A stretch of 62,155 nt of DNA from a virus (Duplodnaviria > Caudoviricetes): positions 1-62,155 of IMG/VR virus record IMGVR_UViG_3300037424_001375, one strand, 5' to 3'. Positions 29,772-39,505 of this stretch are shown here, in pieces. Below the pieces are notes generated by a model that was not told the DNA's origin, ran no database searches, and saw only the letters and a program-made list of their open reading frames with translations. Each line of letters begins with the position of its first letter. Positions within the stretch are counted from its first letter, which is position 1. Both the position numbers and the translations under genes were made by a program.

Positions 29772-30088
29772 CGGCGCTGTATCGCTTTCTCAATGGCGAC
29801 GACGGCGCCGCGATGCCCCAGACTTGGTGGGTCTCTCGGTTGGCCGAGGAGTTCGGCTGTCTCCCCTCGGCCGCGCTCGCGGAGTGGCAGCGGGCCCCGG
29901 CGGGTTTGCTCGAGGAGATCATCGAAATGCGCGCGTTCGCGGCGGCGAAACAGATCGTCGACAGCGCCCAGCGCCGGCAGGACATCCCACGGACGCCCAT
30001 GTGCCAGCTCGTGCAGCGGATCGAGTTCGAGCTCGTCCAGGCCCAGGTCGACGTCGACGCGAAGCGACAGGCGAACGATGGCCGATAA
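29759..30088 (+). CDS. -1 frameshift extension of the tail chaperone (gpT-like)
   Basis: Heptamer AAAAAAC at 29759-29765; -1 frame open through ..LAEEFGCLPS.. to 30088. Confidence 0.8.
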   Translation, partial: KKRLTALYRFLNGDDGAAMPQTWWVSRLAEEFGCLPSAALAEWQRAPAGLLEEIIEMRAFAAAKQIVDSAQRRQDIPRTPMCQLVQRIEFELVQAQVDVDAKRQANDGR

Positions 30089-30491
30089 GCTGACGATCGA
30101 CGTGGACGCGCAGGCCCTGCTCGCTGCGTTCGACGCCCTGGGGGCGGCGGCGGAGTCACTCTGTCGTGAGGCGGCGCACGTCACGGCCCAACGTGTGCAG
30201 GCCGGGGCCCAGGCCCGCGCCCAGTGGGGCGCGACGGGGAAGACGCGCGAGGCCATCACGATCGACGAGGGGCCCGAGCCGCTCGGCGGGTATCGCGTCT
30301 ACGTCGGGCCGACTGTTGACGACGAGGGCTGGCGCCGGCCGGCGAACCTCCCGCTCTGGCTGGAGTTCGGCACGCGGAAGATGGCCCCGCACCCGTTTCT
30401 CTTCGCCGCGGCTCGCGTCGAAGAGGCGCCACACCTCGACCGGATCGGCCGAGCCGTCCAAGCGGCGATTGACGCGCAGGGGTTGGGCTGA
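30078..30491 (+). CDS. HK97 gp10-like tail component
   Basis: TGKTREAI, WLEFGTRKMAPHPFLFAA. Confidence 0.85.
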   Translation: MADKLTIDVDAQALLAAFDALGAAAESLCREAAHVTAQRVQAGAQARAQWGATGKTREAITIDEGPEPLGGYRVYVGPTVDDEGWRRPANLPLWLEFGTRKMAPHPFLFAAARVEEAPHLDRIGRAVQAAIDAQGLG

Positions 30492-33463
30492 TGGCCGCCG
30501 CACCCGTCATGGTCGTCCGGATCGCCGCCAGCTTGGCCGAGTTGAAGAAGAACCTCGCCGAAGGCAAGAACCAAATCGAGACCACGACGCAGGCGATGGC
30601 GAAGCTCGCGACGAGCTTCCAGGGCGACAAGCTCATCCAGCAGGCGCACAACGTCGCGGCGGCGGTCAACCAGATTGGCGGCGCGGCAAAGCTGACCGAA
30701 GCCGAGCAGGCGCGCGTCAACCGGGTCGTGCAGGCGGCCCTCGAAAAGTACGCCGTGCTGGGAAAAGAGGCCCCGGCGGCACTTCGACAGCTCGCCGAGG
30801 CCACGCGACAAGTCGAGGCGCCCACGCAGGGCCTCTTCGGCACATTCAAGACGCTGGTCGCCAGTTGGGTCACGGCGCAGCTCACCCTTGCTGGCCTGCA
30901 ACGCGCGTGGCGACTGCTCACGGATTTTGTCGGCAGCTCGATCAAGGCGTTCGCGGAGGAGGAACTCGCCCAGAAGAAACTCGTACAGGCGCTCACCCAA
31001 CAGGGAAACGCCTCGACCAAGGTCGTCACGCAGTACAAGGCGATGGCCTCCGAGCTGCAATCGCTCACGCGGTACGGGGATGAAGCCACGCTCGAAATGG
31101 CCGCCCTGCTGGTGCAGATTGGCGACGTGGGACCGAAACAGATGCGCGTGGCGATCGAGGCCACGCAGGATCTCGCGGCGGGGCTCGGCATCGATCTGAA
31201 GGCCGCGGCCACGCTCGTCGGCAAGGCGTTCGCCGGAGAGACGGGGACGCTGAGCCGGTACGGCATCATCATCGACCAGGCACGCTACAAGACCGAGGGT
31301 ATCTCCGTCGTGCTCGAGGCGCTCCATGACAAGTTCGGCGGTCAGGCCCAGGCGCAAGCGCAAACGTACGCGGGGCGCATTGAACAACTGGGGAATGCCT
31401 GGGGCGATTTCAAGGAGCGTATCGGCGAGGCGATTGTTCAGAACCCGCTGATCGTCGCCGCCCTCAGTTCCCTCAACGAGATCGTTGGCGCGTTGAATTC
31501 ATCCGTGTCGGCTGGCGTACCGGCTTGGGAAACCTTTTCGCGCCTATGGGTCGGCGAGACCTCGACGCAGATCCTTCGTCTAGTGGGCGCGATGGCTGAG
31601 GCGGACCAAAGCATCCGCAGTCTCGTCCGAGCCGCACAGGCGGCGCCCTCGCCGTTTCAGCGGATGGCCGAGGAGATGGCGAACGGCGGACGCGTGGAAC
31701 AAGAGGCGGCTAAGCAAGTCCGCTTGTTCGTCGCGGAGATTCAACGCGAGATTCAGGTCCGCACGGCCGCCGCCGCCGCCGCCAAGAAAGCCGCGGAAGC
31801 GGCCGCGAAGGCCGCGGAAGCCACCAAACAATACGTCGCCGAACTCATGGCCGGCAAGAACGTGGTCATGAACTACAGGCTGGGCCTCGACCAACTGCCG
31901 GGCACCCTTGAGACCGTGACGACTGGCACGCTGGCGTGGTACGACCAGCAGCAGGCGCTGAGCCGTCTCCTCCAGCAGACGACCGTCGACGAACTCGCGC
32001 GGTTCATCGACCAGCTCATGAAGGTCGGCGAGACCTACGACATCATCGGGATCCACGCGAAAAAGTTCGCCCATGAGGACGCGCCCACGGTCTCCGCTTC
32101 CCTCGACCGCATGTCCGCTGGCTTCGCCCAGCTCGCCCAGATCGGCGGCGGCGCGCTGAAGGGGATTACCGGCTTTGCCGCGCAGCTCACCGGCACGATC
32201 AAGCAGTCGCTCGATGGCGCGAAGAGCCTGTCCGCTGGCTGGAAGCAAGCCGGTCAGGGCGGCGCGCTGAACTTCATTGGCGGCCTCGCGCAGATGATCC
32301 CAGGAGCCGGCGCGATCATCGGTGCCGTCACGGGGCTCTTCGGCAAGCTCTTCGGGAAGAGTGAAGGCCGCAAGCAGTTGGAGGCGGCGAACGCGGAGAT
32401 CGCGAAGCTGAAAGATCAGGTCGTCAGCCTCTACGGCTCGACCGCCGAGGCCGAGGCGATCGCCGCGCGGCTCGGGATCAACTTCCAAGGCATCTGGGGC
32501 AACCAGAACCAAGCGGGCCTCGCCTCCGTGCAGCAGCAGATCGAGGCGCTCGCGAAGGCGCTCGAAGATCAGAAGCGCCTCGCCGACGAGTTGGGCCAGA
32601 CCTTGACGCAGCGGCTCGGGGTCGAGGGCAGCGCCGCGATCCAGCCGATGCTCGACAAGCTCGCCTCGCTCGGCGCGCTGAGCGTGGACGTGCAGGCCGA
32701 GCTCCTCGCAATGGCCGGGCCGGACTTCAAAGCGATGGAGGAGGCGGCGGCCCGGTACGGCCTCGCCCAGGACGCGCTCGGGAATGGCTACTGGCAGGCG
32801 AAGCTCGATAGCCAGTTCCTCCAGGTCGTGAAGGACTTCGAGTTGCTCACGGGTGCGGGCGCTGATGCCGGCGCGGTCATCACCGCGATGGGGCCGCAGG
32901 TCGCCAATCTCGTCGAACAGGCGATGAAGTACGGCACGGAGTTGCCCGCCGGGATGCGTCCGATCGTGGAGTCGATGATCGAGGCCGGCCTGCTCGTCGA
33001 CGAGAACGGCGAGAAGCTGAAGGGGCTCGAAAGCCTGACGTTCGCCGAGACCCTGACGCAGGGGATCGACCGCGTCGTCGAGAAGTTGCAGGAGCTGATC
33101 GACAAGCTGACCGTGGATACGGCCCAGGGCTTCGGTCGGGTCATCGATGCGGCGGAACGCTTCGGCCGCACGAAGATCATGATCCCGGTCGAGTGGGACG
33201 TGTCCGACGTTCCTGGGGCGGGCGGCGAACGGGCCGAAGGCTACGCCACGGGCACCTACGGCTTCCGCGACTTCGGCGCCGGGAAGACCATCCGCGTGCA
33301 TGACCGCGAGGCGATCGTCCGTGAGGACAACCCGGCGCAGCGCGCCGCGGTGGCGCCGGGCGGAGGCGCTGATTTCGGCCGGATCGAACGGTTGCTCCGT
33401 GACCAGCCGCGCGCGATTGCCGTGGCGGTTTCGGACGCGCTGGCGCTGGCGAGGCGACGCTGA
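30491..33463 (+). CDS. Tape measure protein
   Basis: 990-aa Ala/Gln-rich helical protein after the chaperones. Confidence 0.92.
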   Translation: MAAAPVMVVRIAASLAELKKNLAEGKNQIETTTQAMAKLATSFQGDKLIQQAHNVAAAVNQIGGAAKLTEAEQARVNRVVQAALEKYAVLGKEAPAALRQLAEATRQVEAPTQGLFGTFKTLVASWVTAQLTLAGLQRAWRLLTDFVGSSIKAFAEEELAQKKLVQALTQQGNASTKVVTQYKAMASELQSLTRYGDEATLEMAALLVQIGDVGPKQMRVAIEATQDLAAGLGIDLKAAATLVGKAFAGETGTLSRYGIIIDQARYKTEGISVVLEALHDKFGGQAQAQAQTYAGRIEQLGNAWGDFKERIGEAIVQNPLIVAALSSLNEIVGALNSSVSAGVPAWETFSRLWVGETSTQILRLVGAMAEADQSIRSLVRAAQAAPSPFQRMAEEMANGGRVEQEAAKQVRLFVAEIQREIQVRTAAAAAAKKAAEAAAKAAEATKQYVAELMAGKNVVMNYRLGLDQLPGTLETVTTGTLAWYDQQQALSRLLQQTTVDELARFIDQLMKVGETYDIIGIHAKKFAHEDAPTVSASLDRMSAGFAQLAQIGGGALKGITGFAAQLTGTIKQSLDGAKSLSAGWKQAGQGGALNFIGGLAQMIPGAGAIIGAVTGLFGKLFGKSEGRKQLEAANAEIAKLKDQVVSLYGSTAEAEAIAARLGINFQGIWGNQNQAGLASVQQQIEALAKALEDQKRLADELGQTLTQRLGVEGSAAIQPMLDKLASLGALSVDVQAELLAMAGPDFKAMEEAAARYGLAQDALGNGYWQAKLDSQFLQVVKDFELLTGAGADAGAVITAMGPQVANLVEQAMKYGTELPAGMRPIVESMIEAGLLVDENGEKLKGLESLTFAETLTQGIDRVVEKLQELIDKLTVDTAQGFGRVIDAAERFGRTKIMIPVEWDVSDVPGAGGERAEGYATGTYGFRDFGAGKTIRVHDREAIVREDNPAQRAAVAPGGGADFGRIERLLRDQPRAIAVAVSDALALARRR

Positions 33464-35214
33464 TGGTCACGGTCGTCGTGGAGGTGCAGTTGAGCGCGGA
33501 CGTGTGGACCGACCTGTCGGCTGATCTGAACGCCGTCTCGGGCCTCCGCGCGCACTACGGTCTGACGGGGAATCGCCCGCTCGATCTCGTCGCCGGCACG
33601 GGTGAGTGCGAGTTCTGGCTGAAGAACCACGCCGGTAACAGCGCCGCCACCCAAGGCTACTATTCGCCGTTGCACGCGTCGGTCCGCGCGGGGTGGACCG
33701 TCGGCATTCCCTGTCGCGTGCGCTTCGTCGATGGGAGCGACGCCGTGCAGAGCGTGACGGCGCTCACGCGCGCGAGTTCGACCGCCACGGCGACCCTCGT
33801 CGGCCACGGCTACAGCACCGGCGACTACGTGACCATCGCCGGCGCCGACCAGAGCGAGTACACCGGCACGGCGCAGATCGCGGTGACCGACCCGGACACG
33901 TTCACCTACGCGGTGAGCGGCACGCCGGCCACGCCCGCGACAGGGACCATCACGGCCCAGCGATGCTACGTCAAGCACCGCGGGAAGGTGCGGCTCATCG
34001 ATCCCCTCCCGGGTCGGTACGGCCCGCAGCTGGTTCGCGTCGTGAGCTACGACGGGATGCGCGATCTTGGCGAGGCTGACCTGCGGGAGGTCGATCTCCA
34101 GGTGAATCAGGGCGAGGACGATCTCGTCACCGCCGTCCTCGACGCCCTCCCGAGCGCCGCCCAACCCCTGGCCCGCGATCTCGATGCGGGCGTGGACACG
34201 CACCCCTACGCCTTCGACGAGATCGGCCGCGGGACGAAGGCACTGTCCGTCTTGAGCGACATCGCCGCCAGTTCCTTCGCGCTGATCTTCATGAAGGGCG
34301 ACGGCACCCTGCGACTCCAGTCGCGCAATACCCGAGCGGCCGGTGCCAGCGCCTACACGTTCGCGACGGACAGCATGCACGGCCTCGAGGTGCCCGTCGA
34401 CGTGGAGTTGCTCCATAACCTCGTCCGCGTCACGATCCATCCCCGCACGATCGATGCGGCGGCGACGACCGTGGTCTACAGTACGACGGGCACGGTGCCC
34501 TCGGTGGCGGCCGGCGAAACGCTCACGCTCTGGGTCGAGTACCGCACGCCCGATGAAACGCGCGTGCTCATCGGCGCGCTCGACGTCGTCAGTCCGCTGG
34601 TCGCGAGCACGGACTACGCCGGGAACGCCGCGGCCGATGGGTCGGGCGCCGATCTGACCGCCGATCTCGACGTGACGCTGACGCCGTTCGCCTCGACGGC
34701 CAAGATCGAGATCGCGAACACCGGCACGCAGACCGTCTACCTCGTCGACGGATCGGGGAATCCCTTTCTCCAGATTCGCGGGAAGGGCGTCTACGACCTG
34801 GGGCCGCGGACGTTCCAGGCTGAGAGCGTCCAGAACTACGGCCAACGGCCGCTTGACGTCGATCTGCCGTATCAGAGCAACGCGACGATCGCGCAGAGCT
34901 ATGCGATCTATCTCCAGGCGCAATACTCGACGCTCGTCTCGCAGCTCGGGACGCTGGAGTTCCTCGCGAACGACTCGGCGGCCTTCCTGACGCAGGCGCT
35001 CGCGCGGGAACCGGGCGACCTCATCACGCTCAGTGAAACGGTGACGGGGATCGCGGCGGTCGAGGCGGTGATTCACCGCGTCGAGATCGAGCTGCGCCCG
35101 GGGCCGTGGATGGTCTGCCGGTGGCTCCTGGCGCCAGCGGCGCCGTTCAAGGCGTGGCTGCTCGGGGTGGTGGGCCGAAGCGAACTCGGCACGACGACGC
35201 GGCTGGGATTCTGA
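33463..35214 (+). CDS. Minor tail / tail-tip protein with FCCH-like insert
   Basis: Follows TMP; C-terminal WLLG..GRSELGTTTRLGF; HGYSTGD insert. Confidence 0.75.
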   Translation: MVTVVVEVQLSADVWTDLSADLNAVSGLRAHYGLTGNRPLDLVAGTGECEFWLKNHAGNSAATQGYYSPLHASVRAGWTVGIPCRVRFVDGSDAVQSVTALTRASSTATATLVGHGYSTGDYVTIAGADQSEYTGTAQIAVTDPDTFTYAVSGTPATPATGTITAQRCYVKHRGKVRLIDPLPGRYGPQLVRVVSYDGMRDLGEADLREVDLQVNQGEDDLVTAVLDALPSAAQPLARDLDAGVDTHPYAFDEIGRGTKALSVLSDIAASSFALIFMKGDGTLRLQSRNTRAAGASAYTFATDSMHGLEVPVDVELLHNLVRVTIHPRTIDAAATTVVYSTTGTVPSVAAGETLTLWVEYRTPDETRVLIGALDVVSPLVASTDYAGNAAADGSGADLTADLDVTLTPFASTAKIEIANTGTQTVYLVDGSGNPFLQIRGKGVYDLGPRTFQAESVQNYGQRPLDVDLPYQSNATIAQSYAIYLQAQYSTLVSQLGTLEFLANDSAAFLTQALAREPGDLITLSETVTGIAAVEAVIHRVEIELRPGPWMVCRWLLAPAAPFKAWLLGVVGRSELGTTTRLGF

Positions 35215-35217
35215 AGG

Positions 35218-36216
35218 ATGGACCCCATGAACACGAGATGGTTCCGTGGCGTGACACTGGCGGGCCTGATGCTCGCGGTTTCGATCTGGCCTACGACCGC
35301 TCGCGCCCAGAGTTGGACGGCGCCCCGAACCTGGACCACCGGCGAGCTGGTGACCGCCACGATCATGAACAGCGCCGTCCGGGACAACCTAACCGTGCTC
35401 CGCGCGGGCGGGCTGGCGGTGACGTCGCAGGCCATCGGCGATCTGCTGTGCGCGTCGAGTACGACCCAGTTCGCGCGGCTGGCTGACGTGGCGGCCGGGT
35501 CCTACCTCCGCGCGGGTGGCGTCGGCGCGTGCCCGGTCTATTCGACGCTCATTCTGCCGAACGCGGCGACGGCGAATCGGATCGTCTACGCCACCGCGAC
35601 GAACACCTGGGGCGAGAGCGCGGGCCTGACGTTTGACGGGACGACGCTGACGGCGACGGCGGCGTCCAACCTCGCCAAGCTCGCGCTCGACAACACGACG
35701 GCCACCGCCACCAATCGTGGCGCATGGGTGGCGTTTCAAGCCGAGGGCGCATCGACGGGAGGCCTGGGATCGCTGGGCACCATCCTCGGCACCACGGCGA
35801 AGGATCTGGCGTACTTCGCCGAGACCGGGTTGGGCCAGTACTGGTTTGTGAACGCGTCCGGTACCGCGGCGATGGCCTTGACCGCCTCCGGCCTCGGATT
35901 GGGCGGCACGAACCTGACGGACTCCTTCGGCACGGTCGAAATCGCCAGCGGCTTCGGCACGAACCCGAGCATTGCGGGTGAACCGTACGCGTTCACGGTC
36001 ACGATCGGGACAGGCTCAACGTCGGGCGGGGGGATCACGTTCGGGACCGCATTTGCCAATGCGCCGGTGTGTACCGTGACGACGACACACCCCACCCTGC
36101 TTGAGCCGATCTACTTCACCGCGGTCGATACGACCTCGCTGAGTGTGGCCTATCCCGGAGATGCTGGCGGCGCGCTGGCCGGGTACCAGCTGTTCTTCCT
36201 GTGCCGGGGCTACTAA
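35218..36216 (+). CDS. Tail fibre / receptor-binding-like protein with apparent N-terminal signal peptide
   Basis: WTAPRTWTTGELVTATIMN..VRDNL, Thr/Gly-rich body, C-terminal FANAPVC. Confidence 0.65.
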   Translation: MDPMNTRWFRGVTLAGLMLAVSIWPTTARAQSWTAPRTWTTGELVTATIMNSAVRDNLTVLRAGGLAVTSQAIGDLLCASSTTQFARLADVAAGSYLRAGGVGACPVYSTLILPNAATANRIVYATATNTWGESAGLTFDGTTLTATAASNLAKLALDNTTATATNRGAWVAFQAEGASTGGLGSLGTILGTTAKDLAYFAETGLGQYWFVNASGTAAMALTASGLGLGGTNLTDSFGTVEIASGFGTNPSIAGEPYAFTVTIGTGSTSGGGITFGTAFANAPVCTVTTTHPTLLEPIYFTAVDTTSLSVAYPGDAGGALAGYQLFFLCRGY

Positions 36217-36228
36217 AGGAATCCGCGT

Positions 36229-36723
36229 ATGGTCAAACGGCTTAGATTCGCAGTCGCCCTTACGGTCGTCTTGGCAGCCGGTCTTGTCGCGCAGGAACCG
36301 CCGGTCACCGTCTCCGGCGCCAATGTGGCACGTCTCACCCAGGCCGAGCGGAACGACCTCCGCGTCGCGGCGGACATGCCCGACACGGTGCGCGTCTGCA
36401 TCGACGAGGCGATGACGGTGTGCCTCACTGTCGGCGAAATCCGCGCGCTCGCGTACCGCACCGGTGAACTCGGCGCGTTCGACGTGGCGACGCGCACGGC
36501 CATCGATCTCCAGGGCCTTGCCGCCGCGACCGTGGCCGAGCTCGACCAGTGTCGAGGCCAGCTCGGACCGCTCAGGGCGCAGGCGAACCAGCGCGCCGTG
36601 CAGGACCAGTTCGAGGCGTGGATCGCCGACCTCGAAAAGCGCCACCCTGGCTGGGTGTACGACCGGCAGACAGGCACCTTGAAGCCACGAATCGACTCTC
36701 CGAAAGGCGGAGGTCAGCCATGA
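36229..36723 (+). CDS. Exported or membrane-anchored hypothetical protein
   Basis: Signal-like N-terminus, coiled C-half. Confidence 0.6.
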   Translation: MVKRLRFAVALTVVLAAGLVAQEPPVTVSGANVARLTQAERNDLRVAADMPDTVRVCIDEAMTVCLTVGEIRALAYRTGELGAFDVATRTAIDLQGLAAATVAELDQCRGQLGPLRAQANQRAVQDQFEAWIADLEKRHPGWVYDRQTGTLKPRIDSPKGGGQP

Positions 36724-36839
36724 TCGTGCTCTGTGCGCTCGACCGGCCGCGCGTGCGATGGGACGTCGTTGAGATCGGCCTCGTCGTGGCCGCGGCCCTG
36801 TTGCAGGCGTGGTCGCTTGTCTGGGGCGGACGCTGACCG

Positions 36840-37262
36840 ATGGACCACTGGGTGAGCCTTGCGACGTTCGTCGTCATGCTCGTCGTCCTGCTGCTGCAGG
36901 TCGGCAGCCGATACGGCATGGGCGGCTCACGGCTGAAGACGCTCGAGCGCAACCTGGACAAGATCGACCGCGTATTGGCCCCACTCGAAGGCTTTGCGAA
37001 GTGGCAAGCTGACGTTGACCACAAGACGGCGGCGATCAACGGGCTCGGGGAATGGCGGAAGAACGTAGACGCGAACTACGTGGCGCTCTACGCGCGCGTG
37101 GAGCACATCCACCAGGAGCGCAAAAAGGCGTGCGAGTTGGAGGCCGACCAACGCGTGGCCATCGTCGAGCGCAACGATCGGATCTTCGCGCGGGGCGACG
37201 ACCTGCGCCATCTCGCGCGGCGGCTCGAACGACTTGAGGACGCGCGGGGAGGCGGGGCATGA
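36840..37262 (+). CDS. N-terminal TM + coiled-coil protein (lysis region)
   Basis: One TM helix followed by heptad-like sequence. Confidence 0.6.
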   Translation: MDHWVSLATFVVMLVVLLLQVGSRYGMGGSRLKTLERNLDKIDRVLAPLEGFAKWQADVDHKTAAINGLGEWRKNVDANYVALYARVEHIHQERKKACELEADQRVAIVERNDRIFARGDDLRHLARRLERLEDARGGGA

Positions 37263-37304
37263 CTAACTTCGACCTGCGTGAGCGCCTGTATGAGGACCTG
37301 AACC

Positions 37305-37880
37305 ATGAGACTCCCTGATGACGTGTTTGCAAGCGTGGTGGCCGAGCGGGCGCTGTTCGGCGAGGTGCCGACCTCGACCGAGCTGGGCCTGATCCTCAAC
37401 CGGGCCGCGTGGCCCCATCGCAATCACCCGGCTGGGACGTTCGGCGTGTCACACAAGGTCGGCGGCAAAGTGGCCATCTTTCCCGGCGGCGGCACCATCG
37501 GCGAAGACGTGCTGATGTTGCCCGACGGCACGTACTGGGACGTGCTCATCAAGGCCGGCGCGGAGGCGACACCGCACCAGGGCGAGTCGAAGATCATCAC
37601 CGACCCGGATCGGTACTGGGTCGCGCCCGTCGATCCGGGGCCGTTCAAGGAGCCGACCGAACCGACGGACCCGCCCATGCCATCGCCGGAAATCGACCCG
37701 CTCATCGCGCGGATCGAGGGATTGGAAGTCCTGAACCACGATCTGACTCAAGCGGTCGGCGAACTCGCGACGCGCATCCAAACCTTGGAGACGGCTCCCT
37801 CATCCGACCCCTCGCAGTGGGAGGCCGCCGGCAAGATCGGCTGGTGGGGCGTCACGCTGCCCCTTCGGCGGAAAGGGTAG
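37305..37880 (+). CDS. Hypothetical protein, candidate non-canonical lysin
   Basis: Globular domain, Pro linker and coiled coil, directly before the holin-like gene. Confidence 0.5.
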   Translation: MRLPDDVFASVVAERALFGEVPTSTELGLILNRAAWPHRNHPAGTFGVSHKVGGKVAIFPGGGTIGEDVLMLPDGTYWDVLIKAGAEATPHQGESKIITDPDRYWVAPVDPGPFKEPTEPTDPPMPSPEIDPLIARIEGLEVLNHDLTQAVGELATRIQTLETAPSSDPSQWEAAGKIGWWGVTLPLRRKG

Positions 37881-37899
37881 CGAGTCTCGAAAGGATCCT

Positions 37900-38172
37900 A
37901 TGAACGGAGAAGCTATTCTCACCGTGAGCGCGGCGGTCGTCGGACTCGTGTCGCTGGTGAAGTGGGCCGGCCTGCCGACGCGCGCCGCACCGCTCGCCGT
38001 GCTCCTCGCGGCGGCGATCGGCGTGGGGGTCTGGGGGTGGAGCGCCGAGACGTTCGCGCGGACGACGGCCTTCGAGTTCTTCGCCGGCTGGGTCGCGGTC
38101 AGCATGTCCGCAGCCGGCATCTTCGGCTTCACGCGCGCGACGGGCGCGGAAGTGACGGCGCTCCAGAAGTAG
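37900..38172 (+). CDS. Holin-like membrane protein
   Basis: 90 aa with about three hydrophobic helices. Confidence 0.65.
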   Translation: MNGEAILTVSAAVVGLVSLVKWAGLPTRAAPLAVLLAAAIGVGVWGWSAETFARTTAFEFFAGWVAVSMSAAGIFGFTRATGAEVTALQK

Positions 38173-38177
38173 GTTCC

Positions 38178-38642
38178 GTGCGCGACCCGTTTCTCTCCCC
38201 GCTCGTCACGCGCGATGCGGGCGATGGCCGTCACGTCGTGCTGGTGTGGCCGTTTATTTACCTGATGCGCGACGGGCGGATCATCGTGGTGCTACCAGGG
38301 TTCGTGACGGACTATGCCTCGATTCCGCTCCCCTTCCGATGGTTTCTTCCACGCTTCGGCAAGTACAACTTCGCCGCGGTGCTGCACGATCTGGCCTGCC
38401 GCTACGACTCGGTGCCGCTGTTTGCCAGCGTCGAGGAGGCGAATCAGCTCATGAAGGACGCGATGGAAGACTCGCCGTGGCCGCCGAATCGGGTCGTACG
38501 CTGGGTGGTGAATGCCGGCCTCGCCGTGGGCGCGCGGCACTTCTTCCATCAGCATCCGGTCGCGTGGCGGCCGGCCGGTCTGCCGCCGGCGGTGACGCTG
38601 GAGACGCCCATGCGGGCGCATGTGCTTTTGGAGGCTGCCTAA
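38178..38642 (+). CDS. DUF1353 family protein
   Basis: PGFVTDYASIP...AAVLHD...EANQLM..AM. Confidence 0.85.
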   Translation: MRDPFLSPLVTRDAGDGRHVVLVWPFIYLMRDGRIIVVLPGFVTDYASIPLPFRWFLPRFGKYNFAAVLHDLACRYDSVPLFASVEEANQLMKDAMEDSPWPPNRVVRWVVNAGLAVGARHFFHQHPVAWRPAGLPPAVTLETPMRAHVLLEAA

Positions 38643-38643
38643 A

Positions 38644-38907
38644 ATGTTCGACGATGACACCCTGGCGCTGCTGCCCCAAGGCTTCGACCTGCACACGGCC
38701 ACGCGGAAGGCGATCGAATCCAGCGTCGCGCAGATGCTCAAGGAGGGCGAGACGTTCGCGCTCGTCGCTTCGGCTGATCTGAACGGCATGATCCACCTGG
38801 GCGCGGTTGTGCGCATGGGCGACCACGTCGAGCTCCGCGGCGAGCTCGCCGGGCACGTCGGCACGCGAGAGTTCTCGGGCACGGTCGAAGTTAAGATCGC
38901 GGGCTGA
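38644..38907 (+). CDS. Hypothetical protein
   Basis: GGAGG RBS, operon packing. Confidence 0.55.
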   Translation: MFDDDTLALLPQGFDLHTATRKAIESSVAQMLKEGETFALVASADLNGMIHLGAVVRMGDHVELRGELAGHVGTREFSGTVEVKIAG

Positions 38908-38909
38908 CG

Positions 38910-39104
38910 ATGACCGATCAGCCGACCTGCCCACACTGCGACAGCCGGCCTGAAATCGAGTGCCTGCGAGCGCCGACAGGCTCACGGCCGGGGCGGTATC
39001 TCTGCCTCGTCTGTAGCCGCGAGTTCGACTGGCCACCGGTGCTGACCGGGCCGCGGGACGTGGGCGGGTATGTCGGGGGGTCGGACTGCAAGCCGGATCG
39101 GTAA
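38910..39104 (+). CDS. Small zinc-ribbon protein
   Basis: CPHC...CLVC. Confidence 0.55.
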   Translation: MTDQPTCPHCDSRPEIECLRAPTGSRPGRYLCLVCSREFDWPPVLTGPRDVGGYVGGSDCKPDR

Positions 39105-39140
39105 AGGGCGGGCCGAGCAGTGTCAGGCTGCCCGGCCCGG
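39105..39140. terminator. GC-rich hairpin at the end of the late operon (possible terminator)
   Basis: CGGGCCG...CGGCCCG stem; no clear U-tract. Confidence 0.3.
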
Positions 39141-39505
39141 TGGACCTTGTCTTAGGCCCGTGTCGCGCGCGAGCCTATGATGACACGACAGGACTTAGCC
39201 TGACAAGCGTGACGGGGCGGCGACCGTCCAGGCGGCGGTGCTGGGGCCCAGTCCTGCCCCGAACTGGGAATGCGACCCTCGGCCTGGGTGTCGCTGCCCG
39301 TCCACCGCCCAAGCAATATTGAGGCTGACTAGAGGGCCTAGCGCAGCGGGGCGCCGGGAAAGCTACTTGCGGGGGTCGATCTTGCCGCTTGCGTAGGCTT
39401 CAAGCAGATTGAGAATGATCCAGCGGAGGGTGTGGCCTTCGCTGGCTGCGCGCCGTTTGACGCGCAGCCAGAGGTTGTCGGGAATGTTCCGGACGGTGTA
39501 GAACT

